DNA of 63,681 nucleotides, counting the filler, from an uncultured Methanosarcinales archaeon (GTDB taxonomy: Archaea; Nanobdellota; Nanobdellia; Woesearchaeales; GW2011-AR9): assembly GCA_964434885.1 (NCBI GenBank). It is 5 parts of 5 records of this genome, joined end to end, with 100 filler letters (N's around TTAATTAATTAA, not from the genome) between each part and the next. Parts side by side here need not be neighbours in the genome. Positions count along the whole stretch, not along the records: positions 13,738 to 26,425 come from CAYSWQ010000025.1; positions 26,526 to 39,028 come from CAYSWQ010000026.1; 3 more parts are not named here. One strand, written 5' to 3'. This document shows, piece by piece, positions 20,746 to 29,362 of the stretch. The position numbers were made by a program, and so were the translations under genes. The notes beneath the pieces are model-generated. The model worked only from the letters and a program-made list of their open reading frames with translations. It was not told the DNA's origin and did no database searches. Positions within the stretch are counted from its first letter, which is position 1. The number at the start of each line of letters is the position of its first letter.

Positions 20746-21363
20746 ATGGAAGGAAAGGTGAAAAGAGGACATTCTCGTAGCGAATTTAAATTAACTATTG
20801 AACAGATTAAATTGTTAATTAAACATACAGAAAAGTTAAGAGACAAGATAATTATCAAATTATTAGCATATTGTGGTTTACGGCGTTTTGAGTTAGCAAA
20901 GATTAAAATTGAAGAAATTGATTTTGAAACTAATAAAATTCAAATTTTGGGTAAAAAGAATATTTCTCGGTTAGCAACAATTTTTTCTGATCAATTAATT
21001 GATGATTTGAAATTGTATATTCAATATGTTTTGGGAAATAGTAAACAAGGTTATTTGTTTCCAGCTGTTTCTAGTTTGAATAAGAAAGGACATATTTCTA
21101 CTACTGAAATTAATCGGATTGTAGCAAAATCAGGAAATCGAGCACAAATAAATAATCCTAATCCTGAATTGAAGAATATTAATCCACATATATTAAGACA
21201 TAGCTGTGCTAGAATGTTAAAAGATAAAGGTTTAAGTTTAGAAGTAGTGCAAAGAGTATTGGGCCATTTATCTTATAAGACGACAATGGATCTTTATGGG
21301 AAAAAGACAATTGATGAAATGGATGAGGAATTACAGGAGAAAGTAGGGGATGTTTTTGGTTGA
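20746..21363 (+). CDS. Tyrosine recombinase/integrase (catalytic domain only)
   Basis: Full catalytic set: GLRRFEL (R), GKK (K), HILRH, LGH and C-terminal Y (MDLY); about 205 aa. Confidence 0.93.
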   Translation: MEGKVKRGHSRSEFKLTIEQIKLLIKHTEKLRDKIIIKLLAYCGLRRFELAKIKIEEIDFETNKIQILGKKNISRLATIFSDQLIDDLKLYIQYVLGNSKQGYLFPAVSSLNKKGHISTTEINRIVAKSGNRAQINNPNPELKNINPHILRHSCARMLKDKGLSLEVVQRVLGHLSYKTTMDLYGKKTIDEMDEELQEKVGDVFG

Positions 21364-21417
21364 ATTTTTTGTATTGTAAATGTAATGTTTTCGTAATGTT
21401 TTTAAGATTTTATTTGG

Positions 21418-21535
21418 AATAAAACTTTTAATCAAAGATAAAATCTTTTATTGTAAAAAGTTAGTAGAATTTTTAGTAAATTATAATATGTTTTATTCTT
21501 GAAAGTTTTAAGCAATTCTTTTAGATTTTTTATTT
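21418..21535. repeat. 118-bp direct repeat, right copy
   Basis: Identical to 19822-19939. Confidence 0.92.
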
Positions 21536-21654
21536 GCGAGTGTTACATTTAGATGGTATATTTGAGTAGTTATTATTTAGTGGTTTGTTGAGTAATTATT
21601 AAACAATAGTTAAAATCATAAAATTTATATAATTTATTTTAAAAAGTAATTGTA

Positions 21655-22149
21655 ATGGTAAGGGTAAATCAATTTAGTGTTTTTAATTATATTCCAGCTG
21701 AAGCACCTTCTTTGGAAAGACAAATTAATGATTTAGATATTGTTATTTACGGTCTAGATCATATGCAATTTAGAGTAAGAAAAGATCATGATTCTACAGT
21801 AAATTTAGCACATATGGTTCCGGTTGGAGGATGTAGTATTAATAGAATATTGGTTCCCCTTAGTGAGGATTTAAGTTGGTTAGTTTTTCCTGATAAATAT
21901 AAAGGGCCAGAAGGTGTTTTTGCAGCACGAATGGCAGGTACTGGAATGACTTATGGAAATACTGGTTGGATTGGAGATAATAACTATTTTGTTTATAATT
22001 CAATGTTGGAGGTAAGTACTAAGAAAGACGATGATTTTCAATTATTAAAAATCTGGTTTAATGAATGGAGTTATACAAAAAGACCAGAAAACCCACCTAT
22101 TATTCAAGATAAAGGAACAGTTGATTTAAGGTTAGTAAATCCTTCTTAA
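21655..22149 (+). CDS. Hypothetical protein
   Basis: 164-aa ORF with upstream TATA-like box. Confidence 0.65.
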   Translation: MVRVNQFSVFNYIPAEAPSLERQINDLDIVIYGLDHMQFRVRKDHDSTVNLAHMVPVGGCSINRILVPLSEDLSWLVFPDKYKGPEGVFAARMAGTGMTYGNTGWIGDNNYFVYNSMLEVSTKKDDDFQLLKIWFNEWSYTKRPENPPIIQDKGTVDLRLVNPS

Positions 22150-22412
22150 ATATATTTTTTAAAGATCTCTTTTCTTTTTTTATAAAAACCTTTAGAGATG
22201 CCAATTTTTATGAACCATATTCCAGATAGAAGAATAAGGATGGTGTGGGTTAAAGAAGGGATAGTTAACCAGTTGAAATAGTCATTAATGGCAATTAAAA
22301 TAAGAAGAATACCAAAAACAAAAAAGATTTTTGGAAAGTAGTGTTTTTTGTGTTCCTTAGGTTTTGCTTCTACTTTTGGTTTTTCTTTTTTTTCTGGTTT
22401 CACATCTGCCAT
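22146..22412 (-). CDS. Small two-TM membrane protein
   Basis: Two hydrophobic helices flanked by basic residues. Confidence 0.7.
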   Translation of the reverse strand: MADVKPEKKEKPKVEAKPKEHKKHYFPKIFFVFGILLILIAINDYFNWLTIPSLTHTILILLSGIWFIKIGISKGFYKKRKEIFKKYI

Positions 22413-22425
22413 TTTTTATTTGGTT

Positions 22426-23133
22426 TTAACCAACATAACTTAGCTTTTTCTTATCATTCACCGTTTCTGCTTTTTGACCTTTTTCCATGATTCCTTTGAG
22501 TTTCTTTTCAAATTCTTCTGCTTGTTTTAGTAATGGTTTATAGTCAACTTCTATTCCAGTATAAGCGTCTAAAACTTTAATTATTTCGGCAGCAGCTTTA
22601 CTATCTGGCATGTTGCTTTTAGCTTCAGCAAATAAAGCAATAATTGGTGTTTTGATATGTTTTGCTAGTAATGCACCGGTTACTCCAACAATAATGCCTT
22701 CCATTAGTGGGTGGGCAACACCTTTTAGTTTTTCAGTTCTTGCCCCATTAGCAGTGTTGTAGAAAAAGATTCTAGATTGAGTTGGATTAGGACTACCAAC
22801 TCCTTCTAAAGAAATAATTTCTTTTGCTTTTAGTTGATTAGCAAGATCTTCGATGACGTTTGCTAATTTCCAACCTAAATTTTGTCCAATATTGATAGCA
22901 TGAACTAAAACTAAGTTGTATTTTTTATTATAATGAATAGAAATTGGTTCAATTACTTTATTTTGATGAACAGCAATCATTGCTGGAATATCATCCATTT
23001 CTACAATTCCGATTTTTTCTGTTTCTAGATGTTCTAATAAAAATTCAGTAGCAATGGTTCCGATTAAACCAAACCCGGGAAAACCTTCTATAATTGTAAC
23101 ATTTTTTGGAACTTTATTTAAAATTAGCTTCAT
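22426..23133 (-). CDS. PAC2-family proteasome assembly chaperone-like protein
   Basis: IIEGFPGFGLIG.IA..FL, I.GVTGALL and PDSKAAA motifs; ends in a YVG tail. Confidence 0.9.
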   Translation of the reverse strand: MKLILNKVPKNVTIIEGFPGFGLIGTIATEFLLEHLETEKIGIVEMDDIPAMIAVHQNKVIEPISIHYNKKYNLVLVHAINIGQNLGWKLANVIEDLANQLKAKEIISLEGVGSPNPTQSRIFFYNTANGARTEKLKGVAHPLMEGIIVGVTGALLAKHIKTPIIALFAEAKSNMPDSKAAAEIIKVLDAYTGIEVDYKPLLKQAEEFEKKLKGIMEKGQKAETVNDKKKLSYVG

Positions 23134-23225
23134 TTAGTATCACCTGTTTTTATTATGTTAAATAGGTATTTGTAATTGTATTTATATGTTTTGGTTTTAG
23201 AAAATAAAGAAAGTGTAAGTGTTTA

Positions 23226-24125
23226 TTATTTTTGAGTTAAAATTACCAAATCTCCATTTTCTTTGTTGTAGTTTTTTATGTTAAATCCTGCTCGAATTAA
23301 ATATTGAGGATCTAAGGAAACTGTGTTGGACCAAGAGTGGTCTTCTCTTTGCTCAGGAGATAGATTTTCAAACCAATTAAAATGTGATGGACCTAAAGCA
23401 CCCATTTCTAGAGATTGTATCCAGGTAGAGAAATCTAGAAAAACAGGATGAAAATAGGTGTAAGTAACAAAGTGGAATCCTTTTCCATTGTTTGCAGTTT
23501 GTTCGTACATGTTGTAGGCAATCCTACTGGAGTCTTCATGATTAATACAGGCAGTGGCAAAAACATCACTCGAATAAATAATGTCAAATTTTTGATCTCC
23601 AACTAATTCAGATAAGTTTAAGGCGTTTCCATATTTTATGTCCAAATCTGGAATTCTGTTTTTATATTTGTTTCTTAATTCAACTCCTGTTACTTCTGCA
23701 CCTAAATCTTGGAAAACTTTTAACCCGAATCCAGGACCACATCCAATTTCTAATAGTTTTTTGTCTTTTAAAATGTCTTGAAGAGATTCTTTTAATTCTT
23801 CTGGAGAGTCATAATCAGGACCATTAAATTGTTGGTGTAATTGAAATAAGAAGTGTGAGTCAACATGAGATGATTCGGTGTAAATATATCCAAAAGAAGT
23901 GGTGGTTTGGTAATTTGCTGGAAAGTGAACTTCTTCTTCAAAAATTACATCCTGATTTTGAACAAATTTTTTATAGGCAGGATCATAATCATGATTAGAA
24001 TAATGACCTAATTCTCTACCAACAAAAGCTAAAGCTTCATGGGGATGCATCGCACCATTTCGTACCATGGCCTTGATTGGTTCTAAAGCCATCTCGGCTA
24101 TAATTCTAGGTATATCTCTGTCCAT
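23226..24125 (-). CDS. Class I SAM-dependent methyltransferase
   Basis: LLEIGCGPG, GVE and FDIIYS motifs. Confidence 0.85.
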   Translation of the reverse strand: MDRDIPRIIAEMALEPIKAMVRNGAMHPHEALAFVGRELGHYSNHDYDPAYKKFVQNQDVIFEEEVHFPANYQTTTSFGYIYTESSHVDSHFLFQLHQQFNGPDYDSPEELKESLQDILKDKKLLEIGCGPGFGLKVFQDLGAEVTGVELRNKYKNRIPDLDIKYGNALNLSELVGDQKFDIIYSSDVFATACINHEDSSRIAYNMYEQTANNGKGFHFVTYTYFHPVFLDFSTWIQSLEMGALGPSHFNWFENLSPEQREDHSWSNTVSLDPQYLIRAGFNIKNYNKENGDLVILTQK

Positions 24126-24246
24126 GTAATTATGATCAGTTAGGAGTTTATTATGCTTACTGATATGTTATTACTAAATAGTTAAAATTAATATTAAAAA
24201 AGTATTACCAAAAGATTTATAAAAGATAAATATATTCTAAGTTGTT

Positions 24247-24330
24247 ATGTACACAAAAGCACATAGTAGATTTGGTATTAAGATTTTTCTAGATACACCT
24301 ATCTATACTAATGTGTTGATGTGGTGTTGA
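24247..24330 (+). CDS. Candidate 27-aa leader peptide (MYTKAHSRFGIKIFLDTPIYTNVLMWC)
   Basis: ATG lies about 25 nt after the TATA-like TTTATAAAA (24216), and the ORF precedes the RelA-like gene. Confidence 0.35.
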   Translation: MYTKAHSRFGIKIFLDTPIYTNVLMWC

Positions 24331-24359
24331 TTCGTCCGTGATAAGAACGGGGAACTTTC

Positions 24360-25388
24360 TTGGTGACTATCATGGCCGAAAAGACTTCTATGTGGAACAG
24401 AACTGATGAAACGGAATTAACAAATGATGTTGTTAACAGCATGGCTTTAGAAGCTATGAAACAAGAACAACCTGTTCAAAGATTAGCCACACTTGATAAT
24501 TTACAATATGGTGGGCTTAATGGAAGAGGAAGAAATGATGGTCAAATAGAAGTTGTTTCTAACTTAAGTGGACCTTTTTTAGATCGAGTTTTAACTGAAT
24601 TAGAAAGACAAGATCGTTTGAATGGAATTTTAGAACCAAGTAAGAATTTAGTTGTAGTAAATCGAGATCCAAATCATTTAGAATATGTTTTAGGACAGTT
24701 GTTTCCTGAATACTTAGCAAAATCAAGTCATGAAACAAAAGTAACTCAGTTAGCACACCATAATTTACCTTCAGCACAAGAAGTATACAATGCATTAAAT
24801 GGTTCTTTAATAAGAGCAGTTTATGCTAGATGTAAAGGTGTCGATAGTATAACAGAAAAGTTAGCTAGATTGTGTGCTAATCGAGGAGGAATGGGATATA
24901 CTGATGAAACACAAAAAAGTTTAGAAGAAAAAGAATCAAATGAAAGAAGAATTTTATTGCCTGGACACGTAGCTTTAGAAGATACTTATGGAATAACTGT
25001 AGTTTGTAGTACTGAAGCAGATTGTTTAGCAGTAGAAAGAGATCTTTCAAATCATCCTCTTTTGGAGTGTATCGAAACTGAAGATTACTTTGCTAAACCT
25101 AAAAATGATGTGGGAGGATATAGTGCTCTACATAAGACTTACGTCTGGATGGGTAATCACATTCCTACTGGTACTTTATTAGAAGTCCATTTCGAAACTG
25201 AAGAAGGGCATTTAAAAAACCAGTTAGGTGGGAATGATCCACGTCGAAGTCACGTAAATTATGGTAATAGTAAGTTGGATAAACCCCACACAATGGAAGG
25301 ATACCAAGTTTTTGTTTTAACTGGGATCAGAGAACCGATCCTACTTGATTCTTATCACAATCTTCATTCTCGAATTCTTAAAAACTAG
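24360..25388 (+). CDS. RelA/SpoT-like nucleotidyltransferase (small alarmone synthetase-like); start probably ATG 24372
   Basis: R.K...SI.EKL (ARCKGVDSITEKL), D..G (EDTYGITVV), DY...PK..GY..LH and E.H.ET in canonical order. Confidence 0.75.
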   Translation: MVTIMAEKTSMWNRTDETELTNDVVNSMALEAMKQEQPVQRLATLDNLQYGGLNGRGRNDGQIEVVSNLSGPFLDRVLTELERQDRLNGILEPSKNLVVVNRDPNHLEYVLGQLFPEYLAKSSHETKVTQLAHHNLPSAQEVYNALNGSLIRAVYARCKGVDSITEKLARLCANRGGMGYTDETQKSLEEKESNERRILLPGHVALEDTYGITVVCSTEADCLAVERDLSNHPLLECIETEDYFAKPKNDVGGYSALHKTYVWMGNHIPTGTLLEVHFETEEGHLKNQLGGNDPRRSHVNYGNSKLDKPHTMEGYQVFVLTGIREPILLDSYHNLHSRILKN

Positions 25389-25422
25389 TTTTATTGGAAA
25401 AAATATTTAAAATTTAAAAACT

Positions 25423-25791
25423 TTGAATAGAAACATGTCTTTAACAAAGACACAACAACGGATTCTGTATAGTTTAGGTCAATGTTATCAGAATTTGAAT
25501 AAACCTTATGAAGGGAAGCCATTGAAAGTTAGAATTTCTAAGATTGCTTTTATTGAATTGATTAAACAAGCAGATTTTGTACAGAAAAAAGAAAGGGCTT
25601 TGTATAAAAATTTAGAGTTATTGGAGAAAAGAAAATTGATAGAATACGTTGATAAAAAAATAAGATTAACTCCTAAAGGAAATCGATTTTTTAATAAGAT
25701 TGAGAAAGAAGTTAAACCTTGGGTTAAGATTAAGGATTTTTGGAATCAGAGTTTGAAATCAGAAAGAGGAATACAAACTTTTATGAGATAA
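25423..25791 (+). CDS. Winged-helix protein
   Basis: ALYKNL..LE...LIEY....IRLT.KG pattern. Confidence 0.7.
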   Translation: MNRNMSLTKTQQRILYSLGQCYQNLNKPYEGKPLKVRISKIAFIELIKQADFVQKKERALYKNLELLEKRKLIEYVDKKIRLTPKGNRFFNKIEKEVKPWVKIKDFWNQSLKSERGIQTFMR

Positions 25792-26310
25792 TTAGAACAT
25801 TATTTGAGCGACAATATTTTTTCTTTGTTGGGCTGGATTTTGATTAACACCTGTAACTGGATGAAAACCTACTTGAAAACCAGTGGGTAAAGGATAATAA
25901 TCGTTGTTGATTGCCCATTCATATAAATGTACATTGGTATGGTAGGGAAAATCAGTAAGAAGTTCTAAGATGGCTCTTTCACTACCTATTTGTTTGGCGG
26001 AAAAAACAAATTCTGGGTGTCTTCTGTATATTCCAGAATCAATTAGTTTTCCATAAGAACGAACATAACCGAACATAGTAGCACTTTGTGATAGATTATG
26101 GGTGGCATTCATTTCTTGTAAACCTTCAACATACAATTTTACTACTCTATCTAATGCATCTATCTTATCAAAATCATGTTTTCTAGTTGTGGTTTTAAAT
26201 AAGGATTCATTAATTTCAGAAGTTGTTGTTATTAAAGCATTTCTTGTATTTTTACTTAGTGCTTTTTCGAAATCTGCTAATAATTGGATATGTTGCTGTG
26301 GATTTCTCAT
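25792..26310 (-). CDS. Hypothetical protein
   Basis: 172-aa ORF. Confidence 0.65.
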   Translation of the reverse strand: MRNPQQHIQLLADFEKALSKNTRNALITTTSEINESLFKTTTRKHDFDKIDALDRVVKLYVEGLQEMNATHNLSQSATMFGYVRSYGKLIDSGIYRRHPEFVFSAKQIGSERAILELLTDFPYHTNVHLYEWAINNDYYPLPTGFQVGFHPVTGVNQNPAQQRKNIVAQIMF

Positions 26311-26425
26311 AATATTTGTTATTTATTAGTGATATTTATATTTTTTATGATATTTTAGTTGATTATTGAGTTCTATTATCCCGAAACTGGGGCACATCCC
26401 TAAACTAAGGCACAATTAGATCATC

Positions 26426-26525
26426 NNNNNNNNNNNNNNNNNNNNNNNNNNNNNNNNNNNNNNNNNNNNTTAATTAATTAANNNNNNNNNNNNNNNNNNN
26501 NNNNNNNNNNNNNNNNNNNNNNNNN
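26426..26525. other. Assembly gap with artificial linker
   Basis: N spacer containing TTAATTAATTAA. Confidence 0.97.
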
Positions 26526-26873
26526 GATTATGAAAAAACCAGTCACATTTTAAAAAATAAATTTGACCTTTACAACTGGATTAACCACCAACCAGATGAA
26601 GTTGCATATTTTCTTACCGAAACTGGATCCAATTGCATTAATTTCTCCGAATTTAAAACTCCAGCTAAATTTCATTTGTGGTTGGGAAAAAAGGGCTTTA
26701 TCATCGGAGTAGAACAACTAGGAAAAACTTTCAACGCTGAAAAAATAAATCAAAACAAAATCAAAGACAATGAAGGAGCCGCTTTTGATTTCTATCGCAA
26801 CTCCCAATCATCAATCTTCTTTGATAACAATCAAGAAACCAGAATTGTTTATCTGGAATGGATTAAGAGGTAA
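26526..26873 (+). CDS. 3' half of a gene whose 5' half is at 51676-51881 (-); possibly a degenerate GHKL/HATPase-like protein
   Basis: The frame starts DYEKTSHILKNK, and the same DYEKTSH ends the 51881 ORF; there is a 23-nt exact reverse-complement overlap. Confidence 0.75.
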   Translation, partial: DYEKTSHILKNKFDLYNWINHQPDEVAYFLTETGSNCINFSEFKTPAKFHLWLGKKGFIIGVEQLGKTFNAEKINQNKIKDNEGAAFDFYRNSQSSIFFDNNQETRIVYLEWIKR

Positions 26874-26877
26874 TAAA

Positions 26878-27144
26878 ATGGAATTAGAAACAATAAGAAA
26901 AGAAATTGATTTTTTAGATAATGAATTGTTAAAAATAATTACTAAGAGAATGGCTTTAATGCCAGAAATAGTAAAAATAAAGAAAGAACTAAATTTACCT
27001 ATTCATCAACCTAAAAGGGAAGCTAGTTTATTGGCTGAAAGAATGGCTGTCGCTAAGAGTTTAGATTTAGATCCAGAGATGGTGAAAAAACTATTTCAAC
27101 TCATAGTTGCCAATGCACGAAAAATCCAAGAAGAAATAATCTAA
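26878..27144 (+). CDS. Monofunctional chorismate mutase (AroQ type)
   Basis: L..IR.EID..D..LL..I..R......I...K...LPI..P.RE pattern; start at ATG 26878. Confidence 0.9.
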   Translation: MELETIRKEIDFLDNELLKIITKRMALMPEIVKIKKELNLPIHQPKREASLLAERMAVAKSLDLDPEMVKKLFQLIVANARKIQEEII

Positions 27145-27218
27145 CAAAGGAAAACAAGCCAACATTTTAATTATCAACAATGGAAAAATATTTAAAAAAA
27201 TAAAACTTTCAACAAAAA

Positions 27219-27287
27219 ATGCAAACAAAAGCTAGAGTATTGGACTTGCAATATAGTACTACTAGCTTGACTTATTTCTGGCAATAA
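27219..27287 (+). CDS. Candidate 22-aa leader peptide (MQTKARVLDLQYSTTSLTYFWQ)
   Basis: ATG lies about 25 nt after a TATA-like box and is followed by several hairpins. Confidence 0.35.
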   Translation: MQTKARVLDLQYSTTSLTYFWQ

Positions 27288-27424
27288 GCCACGAGTTGAT
27301 ATAAATTTCTACTTGATTTCAGAGCTAAACTCCGAGATTAAAGAGTTACGAAAATCAACTTCTGAATTTTAATGGAGCTACAGCATTCAATTTTCTGTAG
27401 CTTCTAAAATATGGAGGTAAAAAA

Positions 27425-27580
27425 ATGAAACAAATAGCTGAAAAGCTACCCATTGCCATAAACAACTTTTATGCGTGTACAATCCCACAATCTGGGAAAG
27501 ATCATGCTGTGGAAGAGAATATCCGCATCAATCGAGCATTACACGAAATAAAAAAAGGGTTAATGGGTAAGGGGGCATAA
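27425..27580 (+). CDS. 51-aa peptide, candidate radical-SAM RiPP precursor
   Basis: Strong SD (GGAGGT, 27414-19). Reads MKQIAEKLPIAINNFYACTIPQSGKDHAVEENIRINRALHEIKKGLMGKGA, directly upstream of the rSAM/SPASM gene. Confidence 0.6.
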   Translation: MKQIAEKLPIAINNFYACTIPQSGKDHAVEENIRINRALHEIKKGLMGKGA

Positions 27581-27590
27581 GCCCCCTTTT
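27569..27590 (+). terminator. GC hairpin with short U-tract between the peptide and rSAM genes
   Basis: AAGGGGGC-ATAA-GCCCCCTTTT. Confidence 0.6.
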
Positions 27591-27597
27591 ATTATAA

Positions 27598-28602
27598 ATG
27601 GAGATTAAAATGAAAATCGAACATAAGAAACCAATTTTTGGAGTGATTGAAGCAACCTTAGCTTGCAATCTAAAATGTATTCATTGTGGATCAAATGCTG
27701 GTTGTCCGAAACCTAATGAACTTTCCACTACAGAAATGAAAGATGTTATTGATCAATTCGCCGACTTGGGTTGTGTGATTATGGCATTCAGCGGTGGCGA
27801 ACCATTGATGCGACCGGACTTTTTTGAGATAGCAGAGCATGTCAAGAAAAAAGGTTTGGAAGTAAGTATTATTTCCAATGGTTCGTTGATTGATGAGAAG
27901 ATGGCTCAGAAATTGGAGAAATTGAAACCGGTGGCTCTTTCGATTAGCCTAGATGGAATTGGTAAAACACATGATACTTTCCGGGGCATCCCTGGATCTT
28001 TTGATCGTTCAGTGCAGGCGTTAAGAACATTAAAAAAAACTACAGTTCCTCATTGCACTATCACTACTGTTACTAAAAGCAACTTTGACCAATTGGAAGA
28101 ACTCTTTAAATTAATGTTGGATTTGGATGTCTGGACTTGGCAGATTCAGATTGGGGCTCCAATCGGACGTTTTCCTAAGAATTTGCTTTTAGATATGAAT
28201 GAAATTCAAGAACTATCTAAATTCATTGCCCAAGCTAGAAAGAAAGCCAAGGGAAAAATCGAAGTTGTTGCGGCAGATTGTATTGGTTATTTTGCTGATA
28301 TTGGCTTACGTGAGATCGATTGGGCTGGTTGTAATGCAGGTTTATGTTTGATGAGTGTTACTTGCGATGGTAATGTCAAAGGTTGTTTGTCAATGCCAGA
28401 TTCAACCATACAAGGAAACGTAAGAAAACGTAAACTCAAAGACATTTGGGAAAATGAATTTGATTTCGCTAGAAACTTCGATCTCAGAAAACTAAAAGGC
28501 AAATGTAATGGTTGTCAAAAAGCTAAAGAATGTCGGGCTGGCTGCAAAGCAATGTCTATGGCTTTTGGAGAGATGTATGAGTTTCCTTTGTGTTTGAGGT
28601 AA
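27598..28602 (+). CDS. Radical SAM/SPASM-domain protein
   Basis: CNLKCIHC, GGEP and SPASM Cys motifs (C.AG...G.V.GC; C..C.....C.AGC...C). Confidence 0.93.
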   Translation: MEIKMKIEHKKPIFGVIEATLACNLKCIHCGSNAGCPKPNELSTTEMKDVIDQFADLGCVIMAFSGGEPLMRPDFFEIAEHVKKKGLEVSIISNGSLIDEKMAQKLEKLKPVALSISLDGIGKTHDTFRGIPGSFDRSVQALRTLKKTTVPHCTITTVTKSNFDQLEELFKLMLDLDVWTWQIQIGAPIGRFPKNLLLDMNEIQELSKFIAQARKKAKGKIEVVAADCIGYFADIGLREIDWAGCNAGLCLMSVTCDGNVKGCLSMPDSTIQGNVRKRKLKDIWENEFDFARNFDLRKLKGKCNGCQKAKECRAGCKAMSMAFGEMYEFPLCLR

Positions 28603-28615
28603 ATTCAAGAATAAA

Positions 28616-29269
28616 TTAAACGTTATTTTTTATTAATTTTTTTAATATTTCAAAACTCTTGGCTGTATCTTCTTCTTTAACCATGAAAGTCATTTCTGTT
28701 AAAGTCGAGACAATATCTATGATGTTGATGTTTTCCCAGTTTAATGCACGAGTAACAATATAAAATAAACCAACTGTTTCAATTGCAGTAATGGGGATGT
28801 TGACAGTAAGACTGCTTAAATTTTTAATTCTTTTTTTGATTTTTGGAAACAATTTAACAATTTTCTTCTCATGTTTTTGATTGGTAATAATCATTACTTC
28901 ATGTAAACCTTGGGTGATCATCAATATATCTCCTTGATTGAAATCAACTAAATCATAGGCGAGTTTAATTTTTTTTTGAATATTGTCTCCTTTGTATACA
29001 GTAATTTCAACCAAATCAGATTTGATGGAAATATCCGTATTGTCATCAAATTTGGTTGTTGCAACAAAACTTTTACTTAGTTTCTCACTTAATCGACGAA
29101 TGGCCATATTGACAGCAGAAAACTTAACTCTTTTTTTCAATTCTTTCTCAATTTCAGGAAGCAATTCTTCTGCTAATGCTGCATTGTTGACAATCCCTTT
29201 ACTCAGAGCTTCTTGTAGGAAAGGCTTCTGTGCAATGATTTTTTCCACCAAATGTGCTACTGTAACCAT
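28616..29269 (-). CDS. HTH plus ACT-domain amino-acid-sensing regulator-like protein
   Basis: N-terminal P.L.EAL..GIVN..ALA...AV.MAIRR; C-terminal ACT (G....V...L....INI..IVST.TE). Confidence 0.8.
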   Translation of the reverse strand: MVTVAHLVEKIIAQKPFLQEALSKGIVNNAALAEELLPEIEKELKKRVKFSAVNMAIRRLSEKLSKSFVATTKFDDNTDISIKSDLVEITVYKGDNIQKKIKLAYDLVDFNQGDILMITQGLHEVMIITNQKHEKKIVKLFPKIKKRIKNLSSLTVNIPITAIETVGLFYIVTRALNWENINIIDIVSTLTEMTFMVKEEDTAKSFEILKKLIKNNV

Positions 29270-29299
29270 TTTACATTTATCTTTTATTTTGTAAATTAT

Positions 29300-29314
29300 T
29301 TTACATTAAGTAAA
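29300..29314. promoter_or_regulatory. Palindromic operator candidate in the divergent promoter
   Basis: TTTAC-ATTAA-GTAAA, with additional TTTAC/GTAAA half-sites across 29270-29340. Confidence 0.5.
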
Positions 29315-29362
29315 TATACTATATAAATTTTTTGGTAAATAAAACAAAATTGTGAGGGAAAA

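Noticed and set aside
26379..26425. Short tandem ATCCC.AAACT..GGCACA at a contig end; GGCACA and a palindrome also at 51540-51575
   Set aside because: It could be a mobile-element end, but it is too short and truncated by gaps to support a call.
26676..26877. ORF-track starts at 26676 and 26770
   Set aside because: 26676 is internal to the split gene, and chorismate mutase homology begins at ATG 26878.
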